A DNA stretch of 7,345 nt, from the NCBI RefSeq assembly GCF_006345805.1, contig NW_021828915.1, positions 1-7,345 of the forward strand, given 5' to 3'. The notes beneath the pieces are model-generated. The model did not search any database. It was not told the origin of the DNA and saw nothing but the letters and a program-made list of their open reading frames with translations. Positions 7,259 through 7,345 of this stretch are shown here, in pieces. How positions within the stretch are numbered: the first letter of the stretch is position 1; every line of letters starts with the position of its first letter. This DNA comes from Octopus sinensis. Taxonomy: Eukaryota. The position numbers were made by a program, and so were the translations under genes.

Positions 7259-7345
7259 TTGCTACTGCTACTATATACTACTATCTATACTGACTACTCT
7301 ACTACTAATAATAATAATAATGATGATGATGATGATAAGAAGAAG
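7083..7345. repeat. Compound trinucleotide repeat (CAA/CTG/CTA/ATA/ATG/AAG)n
   Basis: Directly visible; dominated by (CTA)n. Confidence 0.95.

Overview
Eukaryotic (animal) non-coding DNA, AT-rich and saturated with microsatellites. The SINE and LINE types and the microsatellite density suggest a coleoid cephalopod such as Octopus; this is an inference from recalled repeat sequences, not from a search. No intact gene is visible, and nearly all ORFs in the track are artefacts of simple repeats. Supportable content: a decayed minus-strand CCHC zinc-knuckle (gag/ORF1-like) remnant (1-~360); three copies of tRNA-derived SINE family A (a head-to-tail dimer at 1011-1316 and a near-full copy at 4602-4826); a CORE-type tRNA-SINE, family B, with a probable target-site duplication (3437-3810); an isolated SINE-tail fragment (~2186-2243); a possible pogo/Tigger-like end (1591-1646); and a 5'-truncated R4/Dong-like LINE lying in (TACA)n (6121-6866, minus) that carries a nested 5'-truncated CR1-like LINE 3' end (6279-6591, minus). 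A non-repetitive island (~4960-5780) has phase-compatible plus-strand splice sites and a protein-like frame broken by three stops. Most notable: the CR1-like LINE and SINE B share a structured 3' motif (GTGGTRCT..ATGGCC-hairpin-GAAACATA), SINEs A and B share a two-hairpin module, and the retroelements sit inside microsatellites.
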